Of a stretch of DNA of 64,000 nt, positions 49,893-59,188 are shown piece by piece (the first letter of the stretch is position 1; the number at the start of each line of letters is the position of its first letter). The notes below the pieces were generated by a model. The model searched no databases. It saw only the letters and a list, made by a program, of their open reading frames with translations, and had not been told where the DNA came from. Where the stretch lies: contig NZ_JBPOGE010000009.1 of assembly GCF_051252225.1 (NCBI RefSeq), positions 33,709-97,708 on the forward strand, given 5' to 3'. Origin of the DNA: Rubritalea sp. GTDB taxonomy: Bacteria; Verrucomicrobiota; Verrucomicrobiia; Verrucomicrobiales; Akkermansiaceae. The position numbers were made by a program, and so were the translations under genes.

Positions 49893-49907
49893 GTGAATCA
49901 AATTAAT
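49893..49907 (+). promoter_or_regulatory. Palindromic box GTGAAT-CAA-ATTAAT
   Basis: 11/12 match to RTGAAT-N3-ATTCAY, 38 nt upstream of the sigma-54 17-mer. Confidence 0.65.
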
Positions 49908-49945
49908 GTATTGGATTAATTGTACTGGTTGGCACACCTAACATC

Positions 49946-49962
49946 TTGGCACATTCGTTGCT
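49946..49962 (+). promoter_or_regulatory. Sigma-54 promoter of the porin gene
   Basis: TTGGCACATTCGTTGCT. Confidence 0.85.
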
Positions 49963-49976
49963 TGTTGTATGACGTT

Positions 49977-51215
49977 ATGAATAAACGTACATTATTGTCA
50001 TTATTAGCACTCACACAGACAGCAGTAATCGCTGGTGAAGTTCAAGAGATCCCCGTTGTAGAAAAACCGAAAGAAGAGTGGTTTAAGTTCTCCGTCGATG
50101 CTCGTGCTCGTCTTGAGCAGCGCAAGATACAAGGTCTAGATAACTCTTGGGCTGGCACATTCCGTATTCGCCCAGGTTTCTTCGTTGGTAAATCTGAAGG
50201 TTTTGGTGCCTTCGTCGAAACTGAAAGCACTCTTGCTTTCATCGATGATTACGCAAGCGCTCAACCACAACTCAACCCTAATACACCAGGAAACACACGC
50301 ATTGATGATCCTGAGAACAACGAGCTCAATCAGCTTTACGCTCAGTACATCGGCTACGGCGCACTTCTTCGTGGAGGTCGCCAGCGTATCATCTATGATA
50401 ACGCAGCATTTATCGGTAATGTTGGATGGCGTCAGAACGAGCAAACGATGGATGGCGCATTGCTCGACTATAAGAAAGATGCATTCACATTTAAGTATAG
50501 CTACGTAAACCGTGTGAACCGCATATTCGGTGCAGATGCTCTAGGTGCTGCAAGAGCCCTCAAAGGTGCTGCACACTTCGTCAACGGGTCCTACAAGTTT
50601 GGTGAGAATAAGTTTACCGCTTACACCTACCTCATGGATTTTGATGAGTTGTCGTTCTCGCGTGCTAGCAACAACACATATGGTGGCTTCTTCGACTTTG
50701 CTCTTGGCGAAGGATCACTACATACAGAATTTGCCTACCAGACTGAAGCGGGTAACAACGAAGCTGATTACGGTGACTACTACGCTCACGTTTTCTACGG
50801 AGGTAAAGCGAGCATCCTCGACTACAACGTTGGTGTTGAATACCTAGGTGATGAGTTTGTGACTCCCCTCGCTACTGTGCACAAATTTAACGGATTTGCT
50901 GACAGATTTGCTGGCAATCGCCTAGGTTTGGCTCCAGCTGCCGCATGGAATGGCCTTAGTGATGTTTACGCAAGTGCTGGGACAAAAATCGCCGGCGGTG
51001 TGGTACTTACAGGATTCGTACACGCCTTCTGGGATCAGGATTTTGATCAGTTCTACGGATTCGAATTTGATGCTACTGCAGTGAAAAAGTTCAACGATAA
51101 CTTCAAGGCTGTTGCTAAGTACGCCTACTATTTTGGCAATAACGATGATAGTGATTACGTTGCTTTCGAAGACAACATCTCCCAGTTCTCAGTTGAACTG
51201 AACTACACCTTCTAG
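49977..51215 (+). CDS. Outer-membrane beta-barrel (alginate-export/AlgE-like porin)
   Basis: Signal peptide (start MNKR), NELNQLY, RGGRQ....DN..FIGNVGWRQNEQT.DG, C-terminal ELNYTF. Confidence 0.85.
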   Translation: MNKRTLLSLLALTQTAVIAGEVQEIPVVEKPKEEWFKFSVDARARLEQRKIQGLDNSWAGTFRIRPGFFVGKSEGFGAFVETESTLAFIDDYASAQPQLNPNTPGNTRIDDPENNELNQLYAQYIGYGALLRGGRQRIIYDNAAFIGNVGWRQNEQTMDGALLDYKKDAFTFKYSYVNRVNRIFGADALGAARALKGAAHFVNGSYKFGENKFTAYTYLMDFDELSFSRASNNTYGGFFDFALGEGSLHTEFAYQTEAGNNEADYGDYYAHVFYGGKASILDYNVGVEYLGDEFVTPLATVHKFNGFADRFAGNRLGLAPAAAWNGLSDVYASAGTKIAGGVVLTGFVHAFWDQDFDQFYGFEFDATAVKKFNDNFKAVAKYAYYFGNNDDSDYVAFEDNISQFSVELNYTF

Positions 51216-51249
51216 AGGATTCACATAGTTTAGTTATTCAAATCAAATT

Positions 51250-51289
51250 CACCCAATCGATGAATCTCATTCATTGATTGGGTGTTTTT
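51250..51289 (+). terminator. Intrinsic terminator after the porin gene, containing a perfect ATGAAT-CTC-ATTCAT box
   Basis: CACCCAATCGATGAAT-CTC-ATTCATTGATTGGGTG-TTTTT (16-bp stem, one G-U pair). Confidence 0.75.
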
Positions 51290-51306
51290 GTGGCACGCCA
51301 CATGCT
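51290..51306 (+). promoter_or_regulatory. Sigma-54 promoter of nirBD
   Basis: GTGGCACGCCACATGCT. Confidence 0.75.
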
Positions 51307-51340
51307 CAATAAGAATCAACAACTACCCAATTATCCAAAT

Positions 51341-53872
51341 ATGAAAGAAAGAGTAATAGTCGTAGGTAACGGCATGGTCGGATACAAATTCTGTGAACGT
51401 CTCGTAGCTAAAGACGTCGACAAAAAATTCCAAATAGTCACATTCTGCGAAGAGCCACGTCCAGCATATGATCGTGTGCATCTTTCTGAATACTTTTCCG
51501 GTAAAACTGCGGAAGATCTTAGTATGACCCACTTTGATTGGTATGAAGAGAATGGCGTTGAACTTCATATTGGTGAGAAAGTCACCCAGATCGACAAAGC
51601 GGCAAAGCGCGTTATCACATCCTCCGGTAAGGTTGTTGAATACGACAAGCTCATTATGGCTACTGGCTCCTCTCCTTTTGTTCCACCCGTGCCTGGTGTA
51701 GAGAAAAAAGGTGTGTTTGTTTACCGCACGATAGAAGATCTTGATGCAATGCAAGAGTATGCAGCTCATGCTAAATCTTGTGCTGTCATCGGTGGAGGTT
51801 TGCTAGGCCTCGAAGCGGCGAAAGCAGCTCAAGACCTTGGACTCCGTACACATGTAGTTGAGTTTGCACCACGCCTTATGCCAAGACAGCTCGATGAAGC
51901 TGCTGGTATCCTCCTAAAAGACGTTATCGAAGAGCGTGGCATCAAGGTTCACCTCTCTAAATCCACTTCAAATATTGCTGGCGAAGATTCTGTCAAAGGT
52001 ATGGAATTCGCTGACGGCAGCGAACTAAAGGTCGATATGATCATTGTTTCTGCAGGAATTCGTCCACGTGACGAACTGGCAAGTGAAGCTGGAATCACCG
52101 TCGGTCCTCGTGGTGGTATCGAAGTCGATAGTTACCTACTTACTAGCGACCCTAATATTTTCGCAATTGGTGAATGCGCGCTCTATGAAGGCATGATTTA
52201 TGGTCTTGTTGCTCCTGGCTACCAGATGGCTGATGCAGTGAGTGATCTTCTACTAGGCAAAGAAGCTACCTTCACCGGTGCTGATATGTCCACCAAGCTC
52301 AAACTTATTGGTACTGATGTTGCTAGCTTTGGTGCTATCGAAGTACCAGAAGGCTCTGGAGCTCGTGAGATTGTTATTAATGACACGCACAACAAACTCT
52401 TCAAGAAGCTCGTTGTCTCCGCAGACGGCAAAAAACTCCTAGGTGGTATTCTGGTAGGTGATGCAAGTGCCTATGGCTCACTTCACCAAATGTACCTCAA
52501 TGATATGGAGATTAAAGGTGACCCTATCCAACTCATTCTCCCATCTTCCGATGGCGAACCAGTAGGTGTTGGGGTTGGTGATCTTCCTGATTCAGCACAG
52601 ATTTGCTCCTGTGAAGCAGTCACTAAAGGTGAGATCTGTAGTGCTATCGAAAACGGATGTTCTTCTGTAGGTGAACTTAAATCCTGTACTAAAGCAGGAA
52701 CTGGTTGCGGTGGTTGTGTGCCACTTATGACTGATCTCTTTAAAGCAAAAATGAGAGAGTCTGGCGTGGAAGTCAGTGATCGTATTTGTGAGCACTTCGA
52801 TCATTCCCGTAAAGAAATCTATCAAATCGTCCGCGCTACCGGCATCCAGAATTTCAACGAACTCCTAGCCAAGCACGGGAAAGGAATGGGTTGTGAAATT
52901 TGTAAGCCTGTTGCCGCATCCGTCTTCGCATCTTGCTGGAACGTTCCTATCCTTGATAAGGCTCCGCTTCAGGACACCAATGACGCATTTCTCGCAAACA
53001 TTCAGCAGGATGGTACATATTCCGTCATTCCTCGTATCCCTGGTGGTGAAATCACCCCGGACAGTCTCATTGTAATCGGTGAAGTCGCTAAAAAGTATAA
53101 CCTCTACATGAAGCTCACTGGTGGTCAGCGTATTGACCTTCTCGGCGCCCGCGCTCATCAGCTTCCAGCTATCTGGAAAGACCTTATCGATGCGGGCTTC
53201 GAATCCGGTCATGCCTACGGCAAAGCTCTTCGTACGGTAAAATCCTGTGTAGGATCTTCTTGGTGTCGCTTCGGCGTTCAGGATTCCACCACTCTCGCTA
53301 TCGACATCGAAAAGCGCTACCGCGGTATTCGCTCACCTCACAAACTTAAATCAGCAGTATCTGGTTGTGTTCGCGAGTGCGCTGAAGCTCAGTCCAAGGA
53401 TTTCGGTATCATTGCTACGGAAAAAGGCTGGAACCTCTACGTTTGTGGTAATGGCGGTATCGTGCCACGTCACGCTGACCTCTTCGCAACAGACCTCGAC
53501 CGCGAAACTCTCATTAAGTACATCGATCGTTTCCTCATGTACTACATCAAGACCGCTGACAGACTCGAGCGCACATCCACATGGATGACTAAGCTCGAAG
53601 GTGGTCTCGAGCACCTTCAGGATGTAGTAATTAAAGACTCACTTGGTATCTGTGAGGAACTAGAAGCGCAAATGAATCACCTCGTCGACACTTACGAATG
53701 TGAGTGGAAAAACGCAATCAATGACCCAGAGAAAATGAAGCGCTTCAAGCACTTCCAGAACTCTGAGGACGAGGACGAGACTGTAGAATTTGTCGACCTT
53801 CGTGGACAAATCTGCCCTGCACGCCTCAATGAATCAGATGAAAAAGAATCGGGTGAACTCGCTAATGCATAA
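51341..53872 (+). CDS. nirB: NADH-dependent nitrite reductase large subunit
   Basis: GNGMVG, GGGLLGLEAA, two BFD Cys clusters, VKSCVG..WCRFG, SGC.RECAE sirohaem motifs. Likely start MKER at 51341. Confidence 0.97.
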   Translation: MKERVIVVGNGMVGYKFCERLVAKDVDKKFQIVTFCEEPRPAYDRVHLSEYFSGKTAEDLSMTHFDWYEENGVELHIGEKVTQIDKAAKRVITSSGKVVEYDKLIMATGSSPFVPPVPGVEKKGVFVYRTIEDLDAMQEYAAHAKSCAVIGGGLLGLEAAKAAQDLGLRTHVVEFAPRLMPRQLDEAAGILLKDVIEERGIKVHLSKSTSNIAGEDSVKGMEFADGSELKVDMIIVSAGIRPRDELASEAGITVGPRGGIEVDSYLLTSDPNIFAIGECALYEGMIYGLVAPGYQMADAVSDLLLGKEATFTGADMSTKLKLIGTDVASFGAIEVPEGSGAREIVINDTHNKLFKKLVVSADGKKLLGGILVGDASAYGSLHQMYLNDMEIKGDPIQLILPSSDGEPVGVGVGDLPDSAQICSCEAVTKGEICSAIENGCSSVGELKSCTKAGTGCGGCVPLMTDLFKAKMRESGVEVSDRICEHFDHSRKEIYQIVRATGIQNFNELLAKHGKGMGCEICKPVAASVFASCWNVPILDKAPLQDTNDAFLANIQQDGTYSVIPRIPGGEITPDSLIVIGEVAKKYNLYMKLTGGQRIDLLGARAHQLPAIWKDLIDAGFESGHAYGKALRTVKSCVGSSWCRFGVQDSTTLAIDIEKRYRGIRSPHKLKSAVSGCVRECAEAQSKDFGIIATEKGWNLYVCGNGGIVPRHADLFATDLDRETLIKYIDRFLMYYIKTADRLERTSTWMTKLEGGLEHLQDVVIKDSLGICEELEAQMNHLVDTYECEWKNAINDPEKMKRFKHFQNSEDEDETVEFVDLRGQICPARLNESDEKESGELANA

Positions 53873-53894
53873 CATTTAACACATAGAAATTATT

Positions 53895-54230
53895 ATGATT
53901 ACAGAATCAACACAGATCAATGTAGGGGCCGTTTCTAACTTCCCACAAGATCTCGGCAGCTGTGTAAAAATTAACGGAAAACAAATCGCAGTCTTCAATC
54001 TACCTACTGAACAAAAGTGGTATGCCGTTCAGAACTTTAATCCACAAAACCAACGCATGGTGCTTTCACGTGGTCTCACTGGTGATGCGGATGGCGAGCC
54101 AATCGTCATCTGTCCACTTCACAAGCACCGTTATTCATTAGTTACTGGTGAGTGCCTTACTGATAGCGCATATAGCCTCGAAACTTTCCCTATCAAGGAA
54201 GTCGACGGCGAGCTTCTCATAGAAGCCTAG
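53895..54230 (+). CDS. nirD: Nitrite reductase small subunit (Rieske-like)
   Basis: QIAVF, LSRGL.GD, ICPLHK..YSL.TG.C. Confidence 0.93.
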   Translation: MITESTQINVGAVSNFPQDLGSCVKINGKQIAVFNLPTEQKWYAVQNFNPQNQRMVLSRGLTGDADGEPIVICPLHKHRYSLVTGECLTDSAYSLETFPIKEVDGELLIEA

Positions 54231-54261
54231 AATCAGGTGACTCCCCCACTATTTACCTAAT

Positions 54262-54297
54262 AAAAATGCCTTGCAGCGAAAGTTGCTTGGCATTTTT
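54262..54297. terminator. Bidirectional terminator between nirD and uvrB
   Basis: AAAAATGCC...GGCATTTTT. Confidence 0.7.
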
Positions 54298-54351
54298 ATT
54301 TTCTCAAGTCATCCAAAAACCCGTCTCTTAAGGAGATCTCTCAGGCTACTA

Positions 54352-56508
54352 TCACACATCTTTGTAATTTACTTTTTTTACTACTTTGTCTGCTGATCGC
54401 TTAGCTTGTAATTGCTCGATCTGGTCTCTTAGGTGAGCAGCCCTCTCAAATTCTAGTTTACCTGCCGCTTCACGCATCTCTTTCTGTAATTCTGAGATCA
54501 ACTCTAGCGCATTATAGGTCACTTCGTCTTCGGCCACCATAGACTTCGATAGAGCGGCTCCTTCCTTATCTACCTCATAATGCTCCTGCAAGCTCTTCTG
54601 TACCGCGCGGATCACGCTCCGAGGTGTGATTCCATGCTTCTCATTATGAGTTATCTGAATCTCTCGCCTGTAGGCGGTAATATCTAATAGCTGTTGAATC
54701 GAATCGGTAACCTTATCGCAGAACAGTACACATTCTCCATTCACATGACGTGCTGCACGTCCCGCCGTCTGTACCAAGCTCGTTTCATTCCGTAAGAATC
54801 CTTCCTTATCTGCATCCAAAATACAGACTAAAGAAACCTCAGGGAGATCCAGGCCCTCTCTTAATAAATTAATACCGATCAGCACATCAAACTCTGCAGC
54901 ACGCAATGCTCGAAGAATCTCAACGCGTTCAACTGTATCAATGTCAGAATGCAAATAACGAGCCTTTAACCCTACTTTCTCAAGGTAATCTGCTAGGTCT
55001 TCTGCCGTCTTCTTGGTCAGGGTAGTCACCAACACACGTTCATGCTTTTTAATGCGCTCACGACAAAGCTCGATCGTTTTATCAATCTGCCCCTCTAAAG
55101 GCAGCAATGTCAAAACTGGGTCGAGTAACCCAGTGGGGCGGATAATCTGCTCAGCTATTAAAGTAGCACCTCGTTTTTCAACATCAAAGTCTTCTACTCG
55201 CTCACTTGATGGACTCGGGCTCAGCTGCTTCCGCAGCATCTTGATGGCCTGATTCGCCGAAATCTCGCCCCTCTTCCACGGGACATAACTTTTATTCTCA
55301 GGTCGAGAATTCATCATCTCGAATGGTCCAGGCGTTGCCGATATATAGACTCGCTGCTGGGTCATTTCCATAAACTCCTGGAAGCGCAATGGGCGGTTAT
55401 CAAGCGCGCTAGGTAGTCGGAAACCATGATTTACTAGCATAGTCTTCCGGCTCTTATCACCCTCAAACATTCCACCTACTTGTGGGATAGTCGCGTGACT
55501 CTCATCCGCTAACAATAAGTAATCTTCAGGAAAGAAATCTAACAAAGTGTATGGTCTAGCTCCCTTCTCACGACCCGTGACGTGACGTGAGTAGTTCTCT
55601 ATCCCCTGACAAAAACCCATCTCCTGCATCATCTCGATATCATACTCTGTGCGCATTCTGATCCGCTGTGCTTCAATCAACTTCCCTTCGGCCTCAAATG
55701 CCGCCACCGTTTCCTTCATTTCCTTGCGAATTTCTTGAATCGCCTTTTTAAGCTTCGGACTTGAGGTGACGAATTGCTTCGCTGGGTAAAAGAGGTAATG
55801 CGGCATGCTGCCACGCTTCTTGCCGCTCATAGCATCGACCTCAGAAATGCGATCAATCTCATCCCCGAAAAACTCCACGCGTATCGCGGTGTCTTCTAAG
55901 TAAGCTGGTCGCACCTCTACCACGTCGCCCCGGACTCTGAAATGTCCACGTTGAAATGCCACGTCGTTGCGCTCGAATAACAGCTCCACTAACTTCTCTA
56001 GAAAATCATCACGGCCCATCTCCATTCCCTCCTGAATGGTCAGCATCATCTCCTTATAATCATCCGGAGACCCCAAGCCGTAGATGCAGCTCACTGAGGC
56101 AATCACGATCACATCATCGCGCGTGAGTAGACTACCCATCGTGCTTAAACGCAGTCGCTCGATCTCATCATTTACTGCTGAATCCTTCTCAATATAGGTG
56201 TCGGATGCTGGAATATATGCCTCTGGTTGGTAATAATCGAAGTAGGACACGAAGTACTCGACGGCATTGTTAGGGAAAAATGTTTTAAACTCTGAATAAA
56301 GCTGCGCTGCCAGAGTCTTGTTATGACTCATGATCAAAGTAGGCTTACGCGCCTCCTTAATGATGTTTGCCATGGTGAATGTTTTCCCAGATCCAGTGAC
56401 ACCTAGTACTGTCTGGTGAGTGTTTCCAGCACGCAAGGATTTGACAATTTTTTCAATTGCTTGCTGCTGATCACCTTGCGGCGTATAATCACTGACTAAA
56501 TCAAACAT
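54352..56508 (-). CDS. uvrB: Excinuclease ABC subunit B
   Basis: GVTGSGKT, YFVSYFDYYQPEAY, DESH, SATPG, EQIIRPTGLLDP, C-terminal UVR domain. Likely start MFDL. Confidence 0.97.
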   Translation of the reverse strand: MFDLVSDYTPQGDQQQAIEKIVKSLRAGNTHQTVLGVTGSGKTFTMANIIKEARKPTLIMSHNKTLAAQLYSEFKTFFPNNAVEYFVSYFDYYQPEAYIPASDTYIEKDSAVNDEIERLRLSTMGSLLTRDDVIVIASVSCIYGLGSPDDYKEMMLTIQEGMEMGRDDFLEKLVELLFERNDVAFQRGHFRVRGDVVEVRPAYLEDTAIRVEFFGDEIDRISEVDAMSGKKRGSMPHYLFYPAKQFVTSSPKLKKAIQEIRKEMKETVAAFEAEGKLIEAQRIRMRTEYDIEMMQEMGFCQGIENYSRHVTGREKGARPYTLLDFFPEDYLLLADESHATIPQVGGMFEGDKSRKTMLVNHGFRLPSALDNRPLRFQEFMEMTQQRVYISATPGPFEMMNSRPENKSYVPWKRGEISANQAIKMLRKQLSPSPSSERVEDFDVEKRGATLIAEQIIRPTGLLDPVLTLLPLEGQIDKTIELCRERIKKHERVLVTTLTKKTAEDLADYLEKVGLKARYLHSDIDTVERVEILRALRAAEFDVLIGINLLREGLDLPEVSLVCILDADKEGFLRNETSLVQTAGRAARHVNGECVLFCDKVTDSIQQLLDITAYRREIQITHNEKHGITPRSVIRAVQKSLQEHYEVDKEGAALSKSMVAEDEVTYNALELISELQKEMREAAGKLEFERAAHLRDQIEQLQAKRSADKVVKKVNYKDV

Positions 56509-56655
56509 ATCGGCACCAGAATAGCGTAGTTCTAGCAATCGGCAATCCTACCTATGCGGAAAATCCCCAAACGCAGTATACCAGCGAAGGAAGGTTTTTG
56601 TCTTAAATCACTTTCTTTTTCCACCTAGCTGCACAATGGTTCCTCTATCAAAAGT

Positions 56656-57855
56656 ATGAGCGCACTCACTTTCAGTCCTATCGAAGAAATCATCGAAGAC
56701 ATCGCAGCTGGCAAGATTATCATCTGTGCCGATGACCCAACCCGCGAAAATGAGGCAGATCTCATTTGCGCAGCTTCATTAGTCACAAAAGAAATCGTGG
56801 CCTTCATGGCCACCCACGGACGTGGCCTCATCTGCGCACCCATTTCTGAAGAACAGGCAGATGCGCTGGATCTACCACAAATGAGCCGACGCAATACCGA
56901 AGCTCTCAAGACAGCATTCACTGTCTCTGTAGATGCCGCACATGGTATCACCACTGGTATTTCCGCAGCAGACCGCGCTGCAGCCCTGAAGATCCTGGCA
57001 GATCCTAAGAGTTCACCTGATATGTTGGTGAAGCCAGGTCATGTATTCCCTTTAGCTGCTGTTAAAGGTGGCGTCCTTCGCCGCACTGGTCACACGGAAG
57101 CCGCTGTAGACCTAGCCCGTCTCGCTGGTCTCGAACCCGCAGGCGTTATTTGTGAAATCATGAATGAAGACGGTGACATGGCACGCGTTGGGAATCTTGG
57201 AGAATACCAAGAACAGCACGGTCTAAAAGCCTGTACTATCGCGCAGCTCATCGAATACCGTCGGAAATCAGAAAAGCTGGTCCACTGTTCTGAAGTAATC
57301 AAATTACCTACCGACTTTGGTGAGTTTGATTGCCACCTCTACGAGATCGATACTGATGACTCACACCACCTTGCTCTGGTAAAAGGTGAAATCAACTCTA
57401 GCGAGCCAGTCACCGTCCGAGTCCACTCAGAGTGTCTTACTGGTGATGTCTTCATGTCCCGCCGTTGTGACTGTGGTGGGCAACTCCACCAAGCGCTTGA
57501 ACACATTTCCGCCGAAGGCGGCGTCCTACTCTACCTCCGCCAAGAAGGTCGCGGTATCGGGCTCCCAGCAAAGATTCACGCCTACAAACTCCAAGAACAA
57601 GGCTACGACACCGTAGAAGCGAACGAAAAGTTAGGCTACGGTGCTGACCTGCGTGATTACGGTATGGGCGCACAAATACTCCATGATCTAGGCATACGTA
57701 AGATCAGACTCCTAACCAACAACCCTAAAAAAATGGTGGGACTCCAGGGTTACGGTCTCGAGATCGTCGAACAACTTCCAATCCGCCAACTCGCAAACGA
57801 GCACAACGAAAAGTACCTGCAGACTAAAAAAGATCGCATGGACCACTTGCTCTAA
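56656..57855 (+). CDS. ribBA: DHBP synthase / GTP cyclohydrolase II
   Basis: RENEADL, RTGHTEA, RVHSECLTGD...S.RCDCG, QEGRGIG, TNNP.K. Confidence 0.96.
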   Translation: MSALTFSPIEEIIEDIAAGKIIICADDPTRENEADLICAASLVTKEIVAFMATHGRGLICAPISEEQADALDLPQMSRRNTEALKTAFTVSVDAAHGITTGISAADRAAALKILADPKSSPDMLVKPGHVFPLAAVKGGVLRRTGHTEAAVDLARLAGLEPAGVICEIMNEDGDMARVGNLGEYQEQHGLKACTIAQLIEYRRKSEKLVHCSEVIKLPTDFGEFDCHLYEIDTDDSHHLALVKGEINSSEPVTVRVHSECLTGDVFMSRRCDCGGQLHQALEHISAEGGVLLYLRQEGRGIGLPAKIHAYKLQEQGYDTVEANEKLGYGADLRDYGMGAQILHDLGIRKIRLLTNNPKKMVGLQGYGLEIVEQLPIRQLANEHNEKYLQTKKDRMDHLL

Positions 57856-57889
57856 CCACTTTCTCAATTCTTTATTCTAAATCTAAGAC

Positions 57890-59116
57890 GTGTCTAAAAA
57901 AATCAAACAAGCATGGGAGAAGCCCATGCCAAAAGCTCAGTTCGACTTCATGCGTGAAGTCCTCGCCGCCCCCTCTCCTATCGGCCTCGAAGCCTCCATG
58001 TCCTACGGAGTTCTCAAGCCAGCATTCGAGAAGTTCATACCAAAAGATTGGGCTATCCATCAGTTTAAAGGAAATGCTGGTATCGTGGTCGACACTCACC
58101 CTGGGCGTGACGATATGACGAGTGTGATGATTATTGGTCACGCTGATAAGATTCGCCTGCAAGTTCGCAAAATTGATTCCAATGGTAAAATTTGGGTCAA
58201 CACCGACTCCTTCCTTCCCTGCACGCTTGTGGGTCATGAAGTCACGCTGTTCTGCCAAGATCCAAAAAAGCCCGGTAACTACCAAAGTATTGAAGGCGGC
58301 ACTATCGAAGCCCTCGGGGCCATTCACTTCTCTGAGCCAGCTCAGCGCACAGGCGATAAAGGCCTCAAGCCGGAGATGATGTACCTCGAGCTCCAGATGT
58401 ACGGAGCTGATCCTAAAAAGAAGATCGAAGCCCTTGGCATTCGCCCAGGTGACCCGATCATTCTTAATCGCCCAATCAAGCGCGGCTTCTCCGACGACAC
58501 TTATTATGGAGCATACCTCGACAATGGTCTCGGCTGTTTCGTCGTTACTGAAATTGCAAAAATTCTTGCTAAGTCGAAACTCGAGAACATCCGTATTCTA
58601 TACACTATTGCGACCCATGAGGAAATCGGGCGCTTTGGAGCGACAGCTATTGCGGGTGAGTTTAAGCCTGACATCCTAATCGGCTCAGATGTCAATCACG
58701 ACTACGATGCCGCTCCTGGTATGAGCTCGAAACGCATGAATCCGCTCGCCATGAGCAAAGGTTTTTCCATCACTAAGGGCTCCATCACAAGCGAACATCT
58801 CAACACAATCATTGAGGAAGCATGCATGAAAGAAGGTATTCCTTATCAAATGGACTTCGCTGGTCGCGATACAGGTACTGACGCTATGGCTGCGGCGCTC
58901 GCAGGCTTTGACTGTGCTGCCACATCCATCGGATTCCCTATCCGTAACATGCACACTATTTCTGAAACCGGTCATACCAGTGACGTAATAGCCGCTATCC
59001 ACGGCATGGTTGCGACTTTCCGCTCCATGGACAGTATGAACAACGGCAAAGGCCTTACGCGTGACGACCTGAAACAGGGTCACCCACGTCTCGACTGTGC
59101 GAAACCAATCAAATAG
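57890..59116 (+). CDS. M42-family metallopeptidase/hydrolase
   Basis: GHAD, LDN..G, HEEIG, DVNH, GTDA, RNMHT ligands. Confidence 0.85.
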   Translation: MSKKIKQAWEKPMPKAQFDFMREVLAAPSPIGLEASMSYGVLKPAFEKFIPKDWAIHQFKGNAGIVVDTHPGRDDMTSVMIIGHADKIRLQVRKIDSNGKIWVNTDSFLPCTLVGHEVTLFCQDPKKPGNYQSIEGGTIEALGAIHFSEPAQRTGDKGLKPEMMYLELQMYGADPKKKIEALGIRPGDPIILNRPIKRGFSDDTYYGAYLDNGLGCFVVTEIAKILAKSKLENIRILYTIATHEEIGRFGATAIAGEFKPDILIGSDVNHDYDAAPGMSSKRMNPLAMSKGFSITKGSITSEHLNTIIEEACMKEGIPYQMDFAGRDTGTDAMAAALAGFDCAATSIGFPIRNMHTISETGHTSDVIAAIHGMVATFRSMDSMNNGKGLTRDDLKQGHPRLDCAKPIK

Positions 59117-59136
59117 AGAAAATACATCTCTATGCT

Positions 59137-59166
59137 AAAAAGGGCGCCAACTCGGCGCCCTTTTTT
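59137..59166. terminator. Bidirectional terminator
   Basis: AAAAAGGGCGCC-AACTC-GGCGCCCTTTTTT. Confidence 0.85.
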
Positions 59167-59188
59167 ATTTAAATGAAAACCCCGTCTT

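Noticed and set aside
49929-49945. Second TTGGCAC upstream of the porin promoter
   Set aside because: No GC at the -12 position, so it is only a half element.
55150-55310. ~40-aa insertion in UvrB (and a shorter one in ObgE)
   Set aside because: In-frame, with no splicing motifs (no intein C/S...HN ends). Most likely lineage-specific loops.
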